Shown here: in pieces, positions 1-11,385 of the stretch
Position numbering within the stretch: position 1 is the first letter of the stretch
Layout of the letters: each line of letters begins with the position of its first letter
Source: Oikopleura dioica
Lineage: Eukaryota > Animalia > Chordata
Direction of reading: 5' to 3'
NCBI GenBank assembly: GCA_907165135.1
Contig: OU015568.1
Span: 10,850,001-10,914,000 of the forward strand
Length of the DNA stretch: 64,000 nt
Program-made: the position numbers and the translations under genes
The notes under the pieces: model-generated
Told to the model about the DNA's origin: nothing
Database searches by the model: none
Seen by the model: only the letters and a program-made list of their open reading frames with translations

Positions 1-782
1 ATCAATTGCCCATCGTAACGATTGATTGGAATATCTTCCTCGCATCGAATGTATCCCTGAAGTGGCGGATCCACATCATGAACGGTGAAGGTGCGAGTTG
101 TGTGGATCGTCATTCTGGGGTGAGAGCCGTAAACCGCATTCTCTGGAGGGTTCAAAGTGATGAGCCCAGTGTGTCCAAGTCCCGTCACTCGATACTGATT
201 GTAGAGTGCCTAAAAAAATTTAATTTTGAACAAAAAAGGATCAAAAGTTTACCTCGTAATGGGGTCGCTTTCGAGGTCGAGACTGGAATGCAGCAAGAGC
301 CGGAGCTGAGGGTGTAGGCTTCTCCGACGCAGTCTTTTTAGCTACAAGATTTGTAGCGACTTGCGGCGGGGCAGGAGGCAAGATCGTCGAGTATGTCGAT
401 GGATCTGCAAGAACAACTCCTGTCTTTACATGCGGGGCAAAAGCCGCAAGCGCTGGTGGTTGAGCCGCTGCGGGAGTAGAATCGCCAGCATCAGAGTTGT
501 CCAAAGTTTTCTTTTGTGCCTTTGGAGAGCCAAAAGGAGAACTATTGGAGTGTATGGTCGGCAGCACCTAAACAAAGACGTCAATTTTTTTCAGCGCTCT
601 TTTAAACTAACCTGCATCTGTCGAGGACCAAATCGACCACCCCGGTTAAAGTTGCCGCCAAAAGAAGCACGGGGCTTGTACGCTCCAGGAGAAGGCTTGG
701 CTCGCGGTGGAATTGGCTTCCAGTAATCTTCATCTTCGCTGTCAGAAGACACAGAAACCCGTTTTTGGCTATTTTTTTTCAT
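1..782 (-). CDS. Uncharacterised Pro/Ala-rich protein, at least 3 exons, runs off the window start
   Basis: Exon ORFs MKKNSQ...RQMQ, VLPTIH...PHYE and ALYNQY...DGQL join in frame across two short GT-AG introns; no family recognised. Confidence 0.55.
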
Positions 783-1148
783 TTTTTTCGATTATCTAAA
801 AAGTTAAAACATTTACAAAAAATCAAAGAAATATATTCCAGTGCTGACAGGTGAGAGAAAGAGGCTTGTTATGAACCTTGGGACAAATATTTCAATGGAA
901 CTTTTAAAACGCGATCTGCGCGTCAAGTAAACTTGACAGATAGAAAAGAAACGCAACTAGCAGGCTAGCAAGTTAACAAAACTAAGCTAAAGAGATAAAC
1001 TTATCTAACAAAGAAAGACGCAACTGGCAAGGACAAGAGTCCTAGAAAGAGAGAGAAGGCTAGAAAAAAAGGCTAAATAAAGCGCAGCCTAGATCAAAAA
1101 TTAAAAATCAAAAATATACGAGGAATGGTGTCTTCGTAACGGCAAAAG

Positions 1149-2270
1149 TTCCTAAATAAGCAATAAGCTAAACCCTTTTTTATGAAAACTTACAGATAAA
1201 AACGGCGGCTTCCATGGCATCTTGGAACTGAGCAATCGCACCTGATCCCTCTTCAATGGCGTCAATGGCGTCTTGAAGATTTGTTGGCGGCTCTGGAACA
1301 TTGTCTTCTTCTCCAGATCCAGATCCTTCTCCAGCAATGTCAGGGTAGAGCTCAGCCATCTTGCGACGAATGTCACTTGTAGTAGATCCCAAGCTCGAGT
1401 AGGAGATTGAATCTAAATAAACAAATTAGCGCTGTTGCGCGAAGCGCGCCACTTACCATCACTAGCCAATGGGGTGACTGAAGAAAAAGACTCGGGAGAA
1501 GCTGGCTCTGACTCTGGAGAAGAAGCTGGAGCGTATGGAGGTGGAGGAGTCTTGGCCATGATGCTTTCTGGGCCAGGTACTTTTGGGTCGGTAGATCGTC
1601 CGCTGCGCCCACGACTTCGACTTCGACTTCGACTTCGAGTAGAGCTTGGAGTCGACTGGGCTAAAATCAAAATTAGAAAAGGATTAATAAATTTTTTATT
1701 ACCGAAGATTTCGTCTTCGTCGCTGGATCGGACGATTCGATTGGCGGTCAGATTGGCGGGGATTTCGGGCGTCGAGGTTTCCGGAGTATTGCAGAACGGC
1801 TGTAACTGCCGCAGGCTTGTAGACAAAACGATCCAAAGGGAAGCGCCCATAACAATTGCGCCAACTGCAAGAACCACGTTCTTCCAGAAGTTGCTGCATT
1901 GGCTTGCCTTCGATCGTTTTGTCTGAATAAAATGCGTCAAAAGTATTCAATAAAAGAAAACAACTCACCTCCAAAACGTAGCCACTGTTCTCCGCAAGAA
2001 CAGCGAAAGCATTCGGGTACGCTTTCGCCAACTTGGAAAGCTGCATTATTTCCGAAGGGCCAGTCGTGTTCATTGACTCGCTCTGCGACCTTATTAAAAA
2101 GTAAATCTCTATTAAAAGAAAATCTCTAAATCTTACATTTCGAATGCGAGCAGGAATTCCTCAACTTGTCCTAAAGACTGTCCGATGCTTCGATTCGCAG
2201 GAAATGCGATTGATGTGCTCGACAATATTGTGGCGAAGCTCACCAACGCTAATCCAGAGTTCGCCGGCAT
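1149..2270 (-). CDS. Uncharacterised membrane protein (N-terminal hydrophobic segment, one TM, Ser/Arg- and Pro-rich tail)
   Basis: Exons join in frame across 40-50 nt GT-AG introns; TM segment VVLAVGAIVMGASLWIVL. Confidence 0.55.
1612..1638 (+). repeat. (CGACTT)4.5 coding microsatellite, encodes the SRSRSRSR run on the minus strand
   Basis: Read directly from the sequence. Confidence 0.9.
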
Positions 2271-2779
2271 CTCCGGCGCCCTTTTTTACGCTCCAACCCC
2301 GCCTATCTGAATACCTCGGTTATCAAAGCCAGCCCGTCCGGTGGGTTATCAAAAACACAGCGCGAAATTAAAAAGAATCAGTTCGATAGTCGCAGCAAAA
2401 GGGTTTTTTCTCTTTCCCAGCAAAAATATTCTCTTTTTACTGAATCGGCGCTTGGTAAATTGCGAAATGAAAAAGGAGTGGCGCGATCCAGATGCCACGA
2501 ATGTGACTTCTGGAAATGAAAATCTCAGTTTTCGTTTCCGAAAGAAAAAAGCCTACTTGCAAATAGAACCAATAGAAACCGCTGAATCATTCAATTTGAA
2601 ATGAACCTAGCCCAGCTGATAATCTCTCGACCGACGGCGCAAACCTTTTGATTTTCGACTGCTGCAAAAATTTTTATCAGATAGATTAGAAAGACGATTA
2701 AAAGAATTTTAATGATTTAAAACTCTCTTTTTTTTAAATTTGCTTGAAAGATAAAGAAATTTATTTGTTAGAACAGTTT

Positions 2780-4107
2780 TTAGAAATGCTCTTTGGAAAG
2801 TCCCAAATCGCCCAACGGAAAGTAATCATCCGGAGTTTCCAAAACGCAACCAGAAAGTCCAGCCAATAACTCCGAGTTCAACTGCTGGAGATTAGCAAAT
2901 TCTCGAAGATACAAAGAATGCACCTGTTGAATTGCTGCAGTAAACTTATCCTGGCTTTTTTTCACTAAATTTTTTCTTATAAAAGAGTTTTAAAAGAAAG
3001 ATTATACCTGCCGCGATTGGATTATCCACCATGTAGTTATTTTCTGCCAGCAATTTTGTTGAAGCTGTCAAAGCATTAGTTTCTGGATCGAAACATTGAA
3101 CAATGACATCCTCGCGAATAGCAATGTTGTCGCCTTCGTTAATGCTTTCCGCAAGTTGCTCAAGTTGATTGTGAGCCTCGTTCAGCGGCACTCCAACGAC
3201 GCTTAATTTTTTCAAATACACAAACTGTGAAATACGCTTACTTGATGCCGCCATTAAGATTAATTGTAGAATTAATCTGCTGCTGCAAAGTCTCATGTAA
3301 CGCATTCAATGTTGCGTTCAAATCCTCTTGATTTTCCGCTTCCATTGATTCTTGTCGGGGCTCTTGATTTTGAACATCTCGCACCAAAGATCGAAACGAA
3401 ACCTCCTGAAATCTTGGCCTGTTGGCCGAATTAGCAGTGCCGCCAGAGCTGCCGCTTGATTCAAATGGGCTTGCTTCTGAGCTACCAATCCAAGCTTCAT
3501 TTTCTTTCGCAACTCGTTCGACAAATGGAACTAAAAGCGCATAAATAAGTGCCTCCGAGCACTCGGTTATTGGAGAAGTGGCGCAGTGGCTAGCGCACCT
3601 TGCTTGAAGCGGGATGTCCCTGGTTCGAGTCCAGGCTTCTCTATAGATTTTTTTACCTTGAGACGTTTCAAATGCAATCTCACTGGCAAGGCTATTATTG
3701 CCAGTTATGTTGAAGGTGTCACGCATGTTGAGAGGTGTCCGATCAGCGCTTCTGTTGGAAAACTCTCCCACAAATGGCGCTTGAGGAGCCCGAGGTGGAC
3801 TATCAATCAATTGAATATTAAAACGACCTCGAACTTCTTGTCTTGGCGGCGGTCCTTGAACAGGAGCTAAATATAAGAATCATTAAAATCACTTGAAGAT
3901 AATTCAACCTTCTTCCAAGAGAGCTTCAAGTTCAGCCGCAAGTTCCTCCTCTTCCGCTTGGTTGATAGGTTCTGCATCATCGACAATGTCGTTGATTTGT
4001 GCCTCAATCTCCTGCATGTCCATTTCAATGTCCTCAAACAGATCATTCAGCGCCTCACGCTCTTCAGGCTCAACTAGCATTCCTTCGTCATTCCATTCTT
4101 CGTCCAT
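2780..4107 (-). CDS. Uncharacterised acidic multi-exon protein; intron 3531-3656 hosts a tRNA-like gene
   Basis: ORFs 3904-4107, 3238-3810, 2946-3305 and 2780-2965 join in frame through GT-AG introns. Confidence 0.6.
3572..3643 (+). tRNA. tRNA-like Pol III gene, nominal anticodon TGA (Ser) but short variable loop and imperfect anticodon stem
   Basis: Acceptor GGAGAAG/CTTCTCT, D stem GCGC/GCGC, T stem CCTGG/CCAGG with TTCGAGT loop, A box TGGCGCAGTGG, B box GGTTCGAGTCC, T-run terminator just downstream. Confidence 0.75.
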
Positions 4108-4139
4108 CTTTCAAGCTTAAAAAGAGTTTATCCTTCAGT

Positions 4140-4218
4140 TCGCCAAAAAATGGATAGCGGAATCGGTTATGCTTTGAAAAACCCCCTGCGAGTTCGAATC
4201 CCACCGACTTCCCTTTTT
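4140..4218 (+). pseudogene. Degenerate tRNA remnant resembling a Ser/Leu tRNA 3' half
   Basis: B-box-like GAGTTCGAATCC followed by CACCGACTTCC and a T6 run; stems do not pair properly. Confidence 0.3.
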
Positions 4219-4350
4219 TATTTACTTGTCACAAGCCAAAAAAATCAAACCTTTTTCCTGCGCTATGAGCTGCAAATATCCACAAAACCTTGTGAATGAT
4301 CAAATTTTGAAAAAAAGAATCAACAACTTCTATGTTCTAGAAACATTTTA

Positions 4351-4648
4351 TTAGTTTGGAAATTCTTGCATAAAAAGCCGTGTGAATCCATCATAAAAAT
4401 CTTCTAGTTTCCGCTCTGAAACTTTGGTAAGAATGATTCGTTCTTCTCCACATTGAAAACATCGAGATTCACGCATAAGCGACAGCAACGGCATAACACC
4501 CGCAAAGTAACTTCGTTTGAAACATCGATTGCATTTCGCTAATAATAAGAATTTATTTTTTTAAAATTTTCATAATACCGTTTATAAAGCTGAGTCGCAA
4601 TTGATCTCCCCCAACAACGTAAAAGTTTATTTCTTGTGATTCTGCCAT
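4351..4648 (-). CDS. Small two-exon protein (about 87 aa) with two CxxC pairs, possible zinc ribbon
   Basis: MAESQEINF...SFIN joins AKCNRCF...RCFQCGEE...FPN* in frame across a GT-AG intron; absent from the ORF track. Confidence 0.5.
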
Positions 4649-4875
4649 TGTGAAAAAATCTACTTGTTGAGGCAAGTTATAAATGCTAAATATGAATATT
4701 CATGTGCTCTGTTCTCAATCACAAATTGCTTTATAACTATCGCGTTATTTATTCAACACTCCGAAGAAGCGACCTTAATTGCCCCTAAGCTAGAAAAAAC
4801 GCATCAATACATAATGTTGCTCTATTTTCAGAGTATAAAACCAAGCCGAGAGTTGACAAAAACCAGATCAACAAA

Positions 4876-5309
4876 ATGAGCGAAAAGGCAAAATCGTTTC
4901 ACTTTGGAATCAAGGTTAATTATTTAGAAACTATTACAAATTTTACTATTTTAAGTCAAACAACCATCAAAAGCCTGATCAGAAAAGAAAATTTTTCATC
5001 GAATATGAAACCTCACAACTTTTGAAAATCGCCACCAGTCTCAACTACGACAACGCTATTCAGCATGAGGAAGACACTCAAGTGGCCTTCAATGTTTACC
5101 AATGCCTGAAGAACACAGCTTGCGTAAACCCAATCTGCGCCATCCAACAAAAATTCATCAAAGACACATTCAACAGCGCACAGGTCTTTGTCGAGTACGC
5201 AGAAGACCAACCTATTCCTGACGAAGTAATGCTACTTTTACGAGAATTCAAGCCATCTCGACCAGCAATTGTTATACAGCCCAAGTCACGACCACTTTGT
5301 AACTTTTGA
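4876..5309 (+). CDS. Uncharacterised two-exon protein
   Basis: MSEKAKSFHFGIK joins in frame to ORF 5022-5309 across a GT-AG intron. Confidence 0.5.
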
Positions 5310-5918
5310 TTTTAGTTTAAATAATATTTATCACTAAGCAACAATGAATACTCCACCCCCGCCTCCTCCTCCTCCATCATCAACTGGCGTATTCGGCTTC
5401 TATGAAAAAACATCGCGTTGTGGCACCAAAACTCCTACTCCAGAAAATGAATGCCTCTGGCAATAGCTTTCTTCCTGCATGAATACTCTTCGAATCAAAC
5501 AAACCATCATATCCGTTTATCATATTTACTCTTATCATATTTACTCGTTTGACATTTATTTACTCTTGGTGAGCTTTTTAATAAAAATCAGTAAACAGAC
5601 AAGTTTTTTATTTAAAGTAAGTCCAGAAGCATCGCAGCATTCAAGTCTAAAATGACTAAATTAAAAACCATAAGAAAAAAATCAAATAAATTTAACATTA
5701 TGTTTTGACTATGCGAAAAAAGATGATACTTGATTCACACTTTCGAAACTTGGTTTAATAACGTCAGTCATAACTAATCACTTACAGCAATTTTGAAGAT
5801 TTCTTTTTTGCCTCCGGCAATTCGAGTGATTCGTCTGTGATTTGAAGCTGGAACTCATTTCCATAAATTCAACGTAGAGAAAAGACAAAAAAACAAAAAA
5901 CTGAATTTTTTTGAGACA

Positions 5919-6311
5919 ATGGACTCCCAGAATTACCTGAAAACCGCAGACATCTTCAAATGCAATGTCGACCAATGCAATCACACTAGCCGAATTGCCG
6001 GAGCTGCTAGAGATCGTCCAAGATGTAATGATCCAAAAATGGAATTTCCAAATCCTTCAACTCTTCAGAACTTCAAATGTTTTGTCAAAAGCTATGCAGG
6101 AACTTGCGAAGATCAAGCAAACAACCTGAAAATTATTGGCAACTTATTGAAAGAAGATCGGTACTTTGAGAACAACGATCAACGAAAACAAGAACAAGTT
6201 AACATTATCCAAAACATGTTTGACGGATTCAAATACTCTGCGCCACTGCTAAAGAACATTTTTTCCTTGAGCATTCCAATCAATGTTGATCATGATTATC
6301 CATTACCATAA
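5919..6311 (+). CDS. Uncharacterised 130-aa protein
   Basis: Single ATG-initiated ORF followed by AATAAA; no family recognised. Confidence 0.45.
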   Translation: MDSQNYLKTADIFKCNVDQCNHTSRIAGAARDRPRCNDPKMEFPNPSTLQNFKCFVKSYAGTCEDQANNLKIIGNLLKEDRYFENNDQRKQEQVNIIQNMFDGFKYSAPLLKNIFSLSIPINVDHDYPLP

Positions 6312-9300
6312 TTACAATTTATTTTAATAAAATTGCCACGTAAACTTACATTGTCATTGTTGAAAGCAGGTTAAAGAATCTTCTAGAAAGAAAACGATAG
6401 TTAATTATGTATAAAGGAAAACGGGCCAATCAGCATCAAGCAGAGAACTTTAGACCCGTGTTATCCCTTATACTACTAGCGCGCGCCCAGGGCGACACCA
6501 GTCTCGGCTCACGGCTTGTGCGATACCAGGACTTTGTTGTTGTTTGTAAGGGTACTTGTTCCGAGAGCACCCGAAAGTTTACGGCGCCGTTTTGTTGTAA
6601 GAGCTATCGAAATTTTGCGTATTTACAGTATCACTCAACCGTGTATTTTTCATCTTCTTGACCACCGTCCGTGAAGAACTGGGCCAAACTGACCTCAATT
6701 TCACCCTTGATAATTCCTACTAAATCAGGGCGCGATCATGGTAGATGCTCATCGCTTACTGTATTTGTCTTACGGATGTCGATAATTTATAACCCCGTCC
6801 GGTTCAAGTATAAGCTGTGTTTTATAACCTGAGAAAATTTTCTCTCATTTGTCATTTCATTGCACCATCATTATGATTTACCTCTTGTTTGGCTTTCTCC
6901 AATTTGCGATAAATTATAGCACCGCTCTCGATTTGAGAAATTTTCTCGGAAAATTTTGAACCAAGAAAAATGACATTTGAGGACCTGTCACGGTGTTTGG
7001 TTTTGTTTAGAAAATGATTTCTTTAAAATAAAAAAGGGGATGAATTTAGAGATCGCCGGGCCAAATGGCACGACGAAAATTATACCCGACGGAAAGGGCA
7101 TTGAATTGAATAAAACGCTTGTTACGTAATACCGTAATTTATTCGCCAGGGTTGATTTGCATTTTGAATTTATGACCAATCGATATCATTACGAATATTG
7201 AAGCAAAGAATAAATCGAAACACAAAGTCGTATAATCAGCTGATCAGCTGTGATAGGCATCATTTTGACTTTTATGGGTCTTTGAACATGATTTTTATTA
7301 CGCTTTTATATCAAAAAGGAAAATCGATTCAACAACTCAGTATCTGTAGATTCTCCTTCGTAAAAGGGCACTTTACTACCGGAACCGCGTGATTAACCAC
7401 GATTTGGCTCAAAAACGTTCACTAGAGGGCGGAAGCAGCTTTACAGCGTTACCGCGTAATAACGCTCGGGCTTGATAGTGACCGATCGGCGGTGGTACCT
7501 TTATCCTAATCGTAAAAATTTACCGCTCCAAAATTTCGTCGTTTGATGCTGGCCTAGCTCAAAGAGCGACTTCGCCGTGACAGGTAGCATTTGAGCTTCT
7601 AAGGCCATTTTATATACGCTAATCCACATGTTTTTATAGCGCCGCCGATTCACGAGGATTAACTGGCGGAATTATGGTCTTTGTCTAGCAAAATCAATGA
7701 CAAAGCAACATTTATGTTAGATGAGTGGCAGTCTTCGTTCTGATGTTATTAGTGTTTGTCCATTCAAAATTTGGCAGAACCAACAAACAGCATTCTGAGA
7801 CGCCTCAACTCAATCGAGTCCTTAGTACACGGACCAAAGCCGGAAGAATAATTGACGTGTTTATTTTTGGCCGCTCTATCTTGAGAAACTGAAGTTTTTT
7901 CGCGATGAAGTTTTAGATGTCTGCTGAAGAATTAATTGAATAACCTGCAATTAGCACTGACTCATCATATTCTTCTTGGCCAGCAAGACAAGCAATCCGG
8001 AAATTGGGACCGGAAGAAGGCTGGTTACACTCCAAACCGACTGGTGAACGTCTCCGTCATTTGGCGGTCGTACGGGAGAGGCATTGCGCCCAGTCTGTGA
8101 AATTCTAGAGACGCGGCTAGATTATTCGTTGTTGCCCGGGCGCAACAACTCGGATTAATCCAAAGCCACTGACTGGAGAAACGCGATTTCGACCTTACGT
8201 GGAGTCAGTAAAGCCGAGTTAGAGCCCTTGTGTTAGGGCGGTGCGGTGAGCTATCGCAAATGGAATTAGGAGGTAATAATTCAATTAGTATTTTTTAATA
8301 ATCAATCGATCATGGATCTTTTGAGTAACACTAGGAAGAAAACATGCTGCATCAGAGATCTCAAAGGTCCCTTCTATCATCCTGTCGTCGGCAATAAAGT
8401 TCATGTCGCGCGTCTTCCCCACCAAAATTTTGTTTCCTCGTAAATTCGAGCCGACATTTGCCTAGGCATATTGATGCTGCAAATACTCGCTCAGAACTGG
8501 CGGTACTCCGCAGCTGAAATTTTACGGCCTGATCTGTGGACGAGTTCCTATTTATTTTGGACGGCGGGGTAATCAGTTCAGTACTCTTTGAGTGTTTGAA
8601 ATGCGGTGAGCAGGGTAGATAAAAGGATTTTATGGAAGAAGCTAAAATATAATAATCCACTACTGGTGGAGAGACGAGACAGTGATAGGAACATTGCTCA
8701 GGTGTTGGGCGGAATTGAGACGAGGACATTAGCGGAAACTGCCTAATGGAGGACTTATTTTAAGCAACTGGAAGCGCGGTTAGATTTATGTCGGGAAATG
8801 ACGGAACTGCGCTTCTAATGGAGCACTTGTTGGAATTCGCCGTTCAATGGGCCACCTTGCTTGGCCGTAATTTCACTCATCAAATAAGAATTAATTTCCA
8901 TTTTAAACATTACGCAAGAGTATGTTTTAGGTTGATCTAATTTATAACAATTTACTTGAGTCTCGTGGCTAGAAATGTTTGTTCATCCAAGAAGCAAGTG
9001 TGTTAACAAAAGCGACTATTTTTTAAGGAAAAAGTGGCGACAAGAGCGGCTTGTGGGTTTCACGGGTGTTGCTCAAGAAGTTGCGCAAACACTTTGATTA
9101 CGCGGCAAAACCTCAAACTAACGGAGAAACATCCGCCAGTCGATCCAAGTCAAGAAGAAACCACTATTTCTTGAAGACCACGTCATGGTCTGAAATTTTA
9201 ACCCTATGCGTGTCGATCAGCGACCAAACGATGTCTGAGTCCTTGATCAACCGATGTTTTCATAAATATTAAAGGTTGTTATCATTTCTAGAAGACGCAA

Positions 9301-9349
9301 TATAGCGATATATATGCTTAAAATTATTAGCAGTTACATTATACTAAAG

Positions 9350-9874
9350 ATGACTACGCCTTATATCTTGGAAAAGTTAGAAGGTCTCGACGTCGAAATC
9401 GAGGATGGAGAAAGACTTGGAGACGACTATACGCTCAATTTATCGATTGAAAAGCAAGAACAAATATGTAAGTGGAGACATAGTAACTTGATTTAATTCT
9501 TACAAGAATTTAAAGTCACAGAACTGAAGCTCTCAGCCGCCGCAGAGCTCAAAAAGGCAGATAAGTCAAAAGCAGCTATTTACATTTCTGCTGCCTCTAT
9601 TTTTCGTGGATTCTTCCCTGGACCCGCGGATAGTAAAGGAGTGATCTTTCAATTCAAACAAATGTTGCCGGATTTAGCAGATTCTCTGCAGAAGCAATAT
9701 GATGAAGATTTAAAGCTCGTCCGAGAATATTTGAAGAACAAAGTCGAGAATACCGATAAATCGAAAAAAGCTCCACCTCAACGAAAGTTTGTTCCGCATG
9801 TAATCCCATCCTCAGTAAGAAACCAAGCTCGTGAGAAACAGGACGACACTACCACTTCAACTTTTGATCAGTAG
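9350..9874 (+). CDS. Uncharacterised two-exon protein
   Basis: MTTPYILEK... joins in frame to the 9641-9874 ORF using the acceptor TTTAAAG. Confidence 0.5.
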
Positions 9875-9912
9875 AGAATATGTTTCTGATATTTCATTTT
9901 ATGCTTTTCTTT

Positions 9913-11337
9913 TCAATAAATCAAATCAATAACAAAACTGAAGCCATGACTATTCTCCATGATTTCGAATTTCTGGACGTTAGATGTTAGAATATTTTTG
10001 AAGTAGAAAAATAGATTGAAAGAGCAATAGAAAAATAGAAGAAGTAACGGCAAATAAATGCTTCGGAAATTAATTGACGATTTCAAAAGAGCGCCGACAA
10101 TCGTGTGGATATTGTCATCGTTGATTGTGGAAATGTTGATAGCACCATCATCTCTGATGGCGATGGAGTACTCTTCTCTTATATAGTCGATTTCCTCGGC
10201 TATAAATCTGTTGTCATGAGTCATATGAGGGTTCAAAACCTGAAAGAGCTGTGAAAATAAAGAGGCCTTCTTGGTCAGTGATGAATTTCCATGACTTTGT
10301 AAAGCCCTTCATTCTCGTGAGCTCGTAGAACTTTTTTCTCCAAGCTTGAGCATGATCGTAAACCTCACAGAGAATCCTATTCCATTCTCGTCGATAGCAG
10401 TCGTTGTTCAGTACTGTTGTGACGATCCTAGCGCCCTGTTGCGGTGGATTTGTGTAGCTGGCGCTTATAATGCTTTCTATTTGGCTGGCACAGTTGGACG
10501 CGTTCACAGTGTTGTCAGCAACTAGAATCAAAGCTCCACACGGATCATCGTGTATTCCAAAGTTCTCAGTGAAAGAAACCGCAACCATAAACGAAAGCCC
10601 AAGTTTGGCAAAGTATCGGATCGGCCATGAATCTTCTGCTATATCGCCAGTCCCGAAACCAAGGAAGGGAGTGTCGAAGATAACAAAGATCCGTTTAGAA
10701 ATGACTATTGTGGCGATTTCTTCCCATTGCGCTCGATCGATGGGAACGCCTGTTGGATATTGAGAAGAAGGACTCAAAACTAATAGATTAATAGATTTTT
10801 ATCCGCATGATTCTTACGTAAAATTGAACCGCGAGGGATATCATCAGTAGCTTTCGAAAAAGCGCTCATATCAAATATCTGGCTGTTATCGAAAAATGTG
10901 AGGAACGAATAGTTTTTGATATTCATGAAGCCAGCTGCTTCGAAAATCTCTCTTCTGGAGTTATCGGTTTGTTGAGGAATAAGAACTGTATTCGCGAGTC
11001 GGTCAGTTTGTTTGAGAAAGTCCGCTGCAATACGAAAGGAATTCTTGATGCCAAGCGTCTGGCTGCAGATCCCGTTGTTGTTGATAATTGCTGGTGAGCA
11101 ATTTCCCAGAATCAGGCGCAAAACAGAATCCTGGAAGCTTTCTAGCCCTCGAATTGGCAAATACTCGTGATTTAAAGTGACATCCATCGCGATCGAGCTT
11201 CGAATTGCTTCAACAACTGGGAAGTTGCAAAGAGATCCATCAGCATTTCGATATCCTTCAGCTGTGAGGTCGATCAAAGCAGGAGATTTCTTCTCGATTG
11301 GCTTGGGCAATTCGAGTGAGCCAAAATGCGTGACCAT
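9913..11337 (-). CDS. Aspartate aminotransferase (GOT1-like) homologue, predicted pseudoenzyme
   Basis: Fold motifs HEYLPIRGL, PTG, IFDT, SFTENFGI, NPPQQGARIV and GLF align with cytosolic AAT; the PLP lysine position reads Glu. Confidence 0.85.
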
Positions 11338-11385
11338 TTCTAAAAGGATTAATTTTCATATGAAAGTTCGAACAGAAATTTGAAA

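Noticed and set aside
8361-8729. 122-aa minus-strand ORF
   Set aside because: No motif, splice context or homologue recognised; could be chance or decayed repeat
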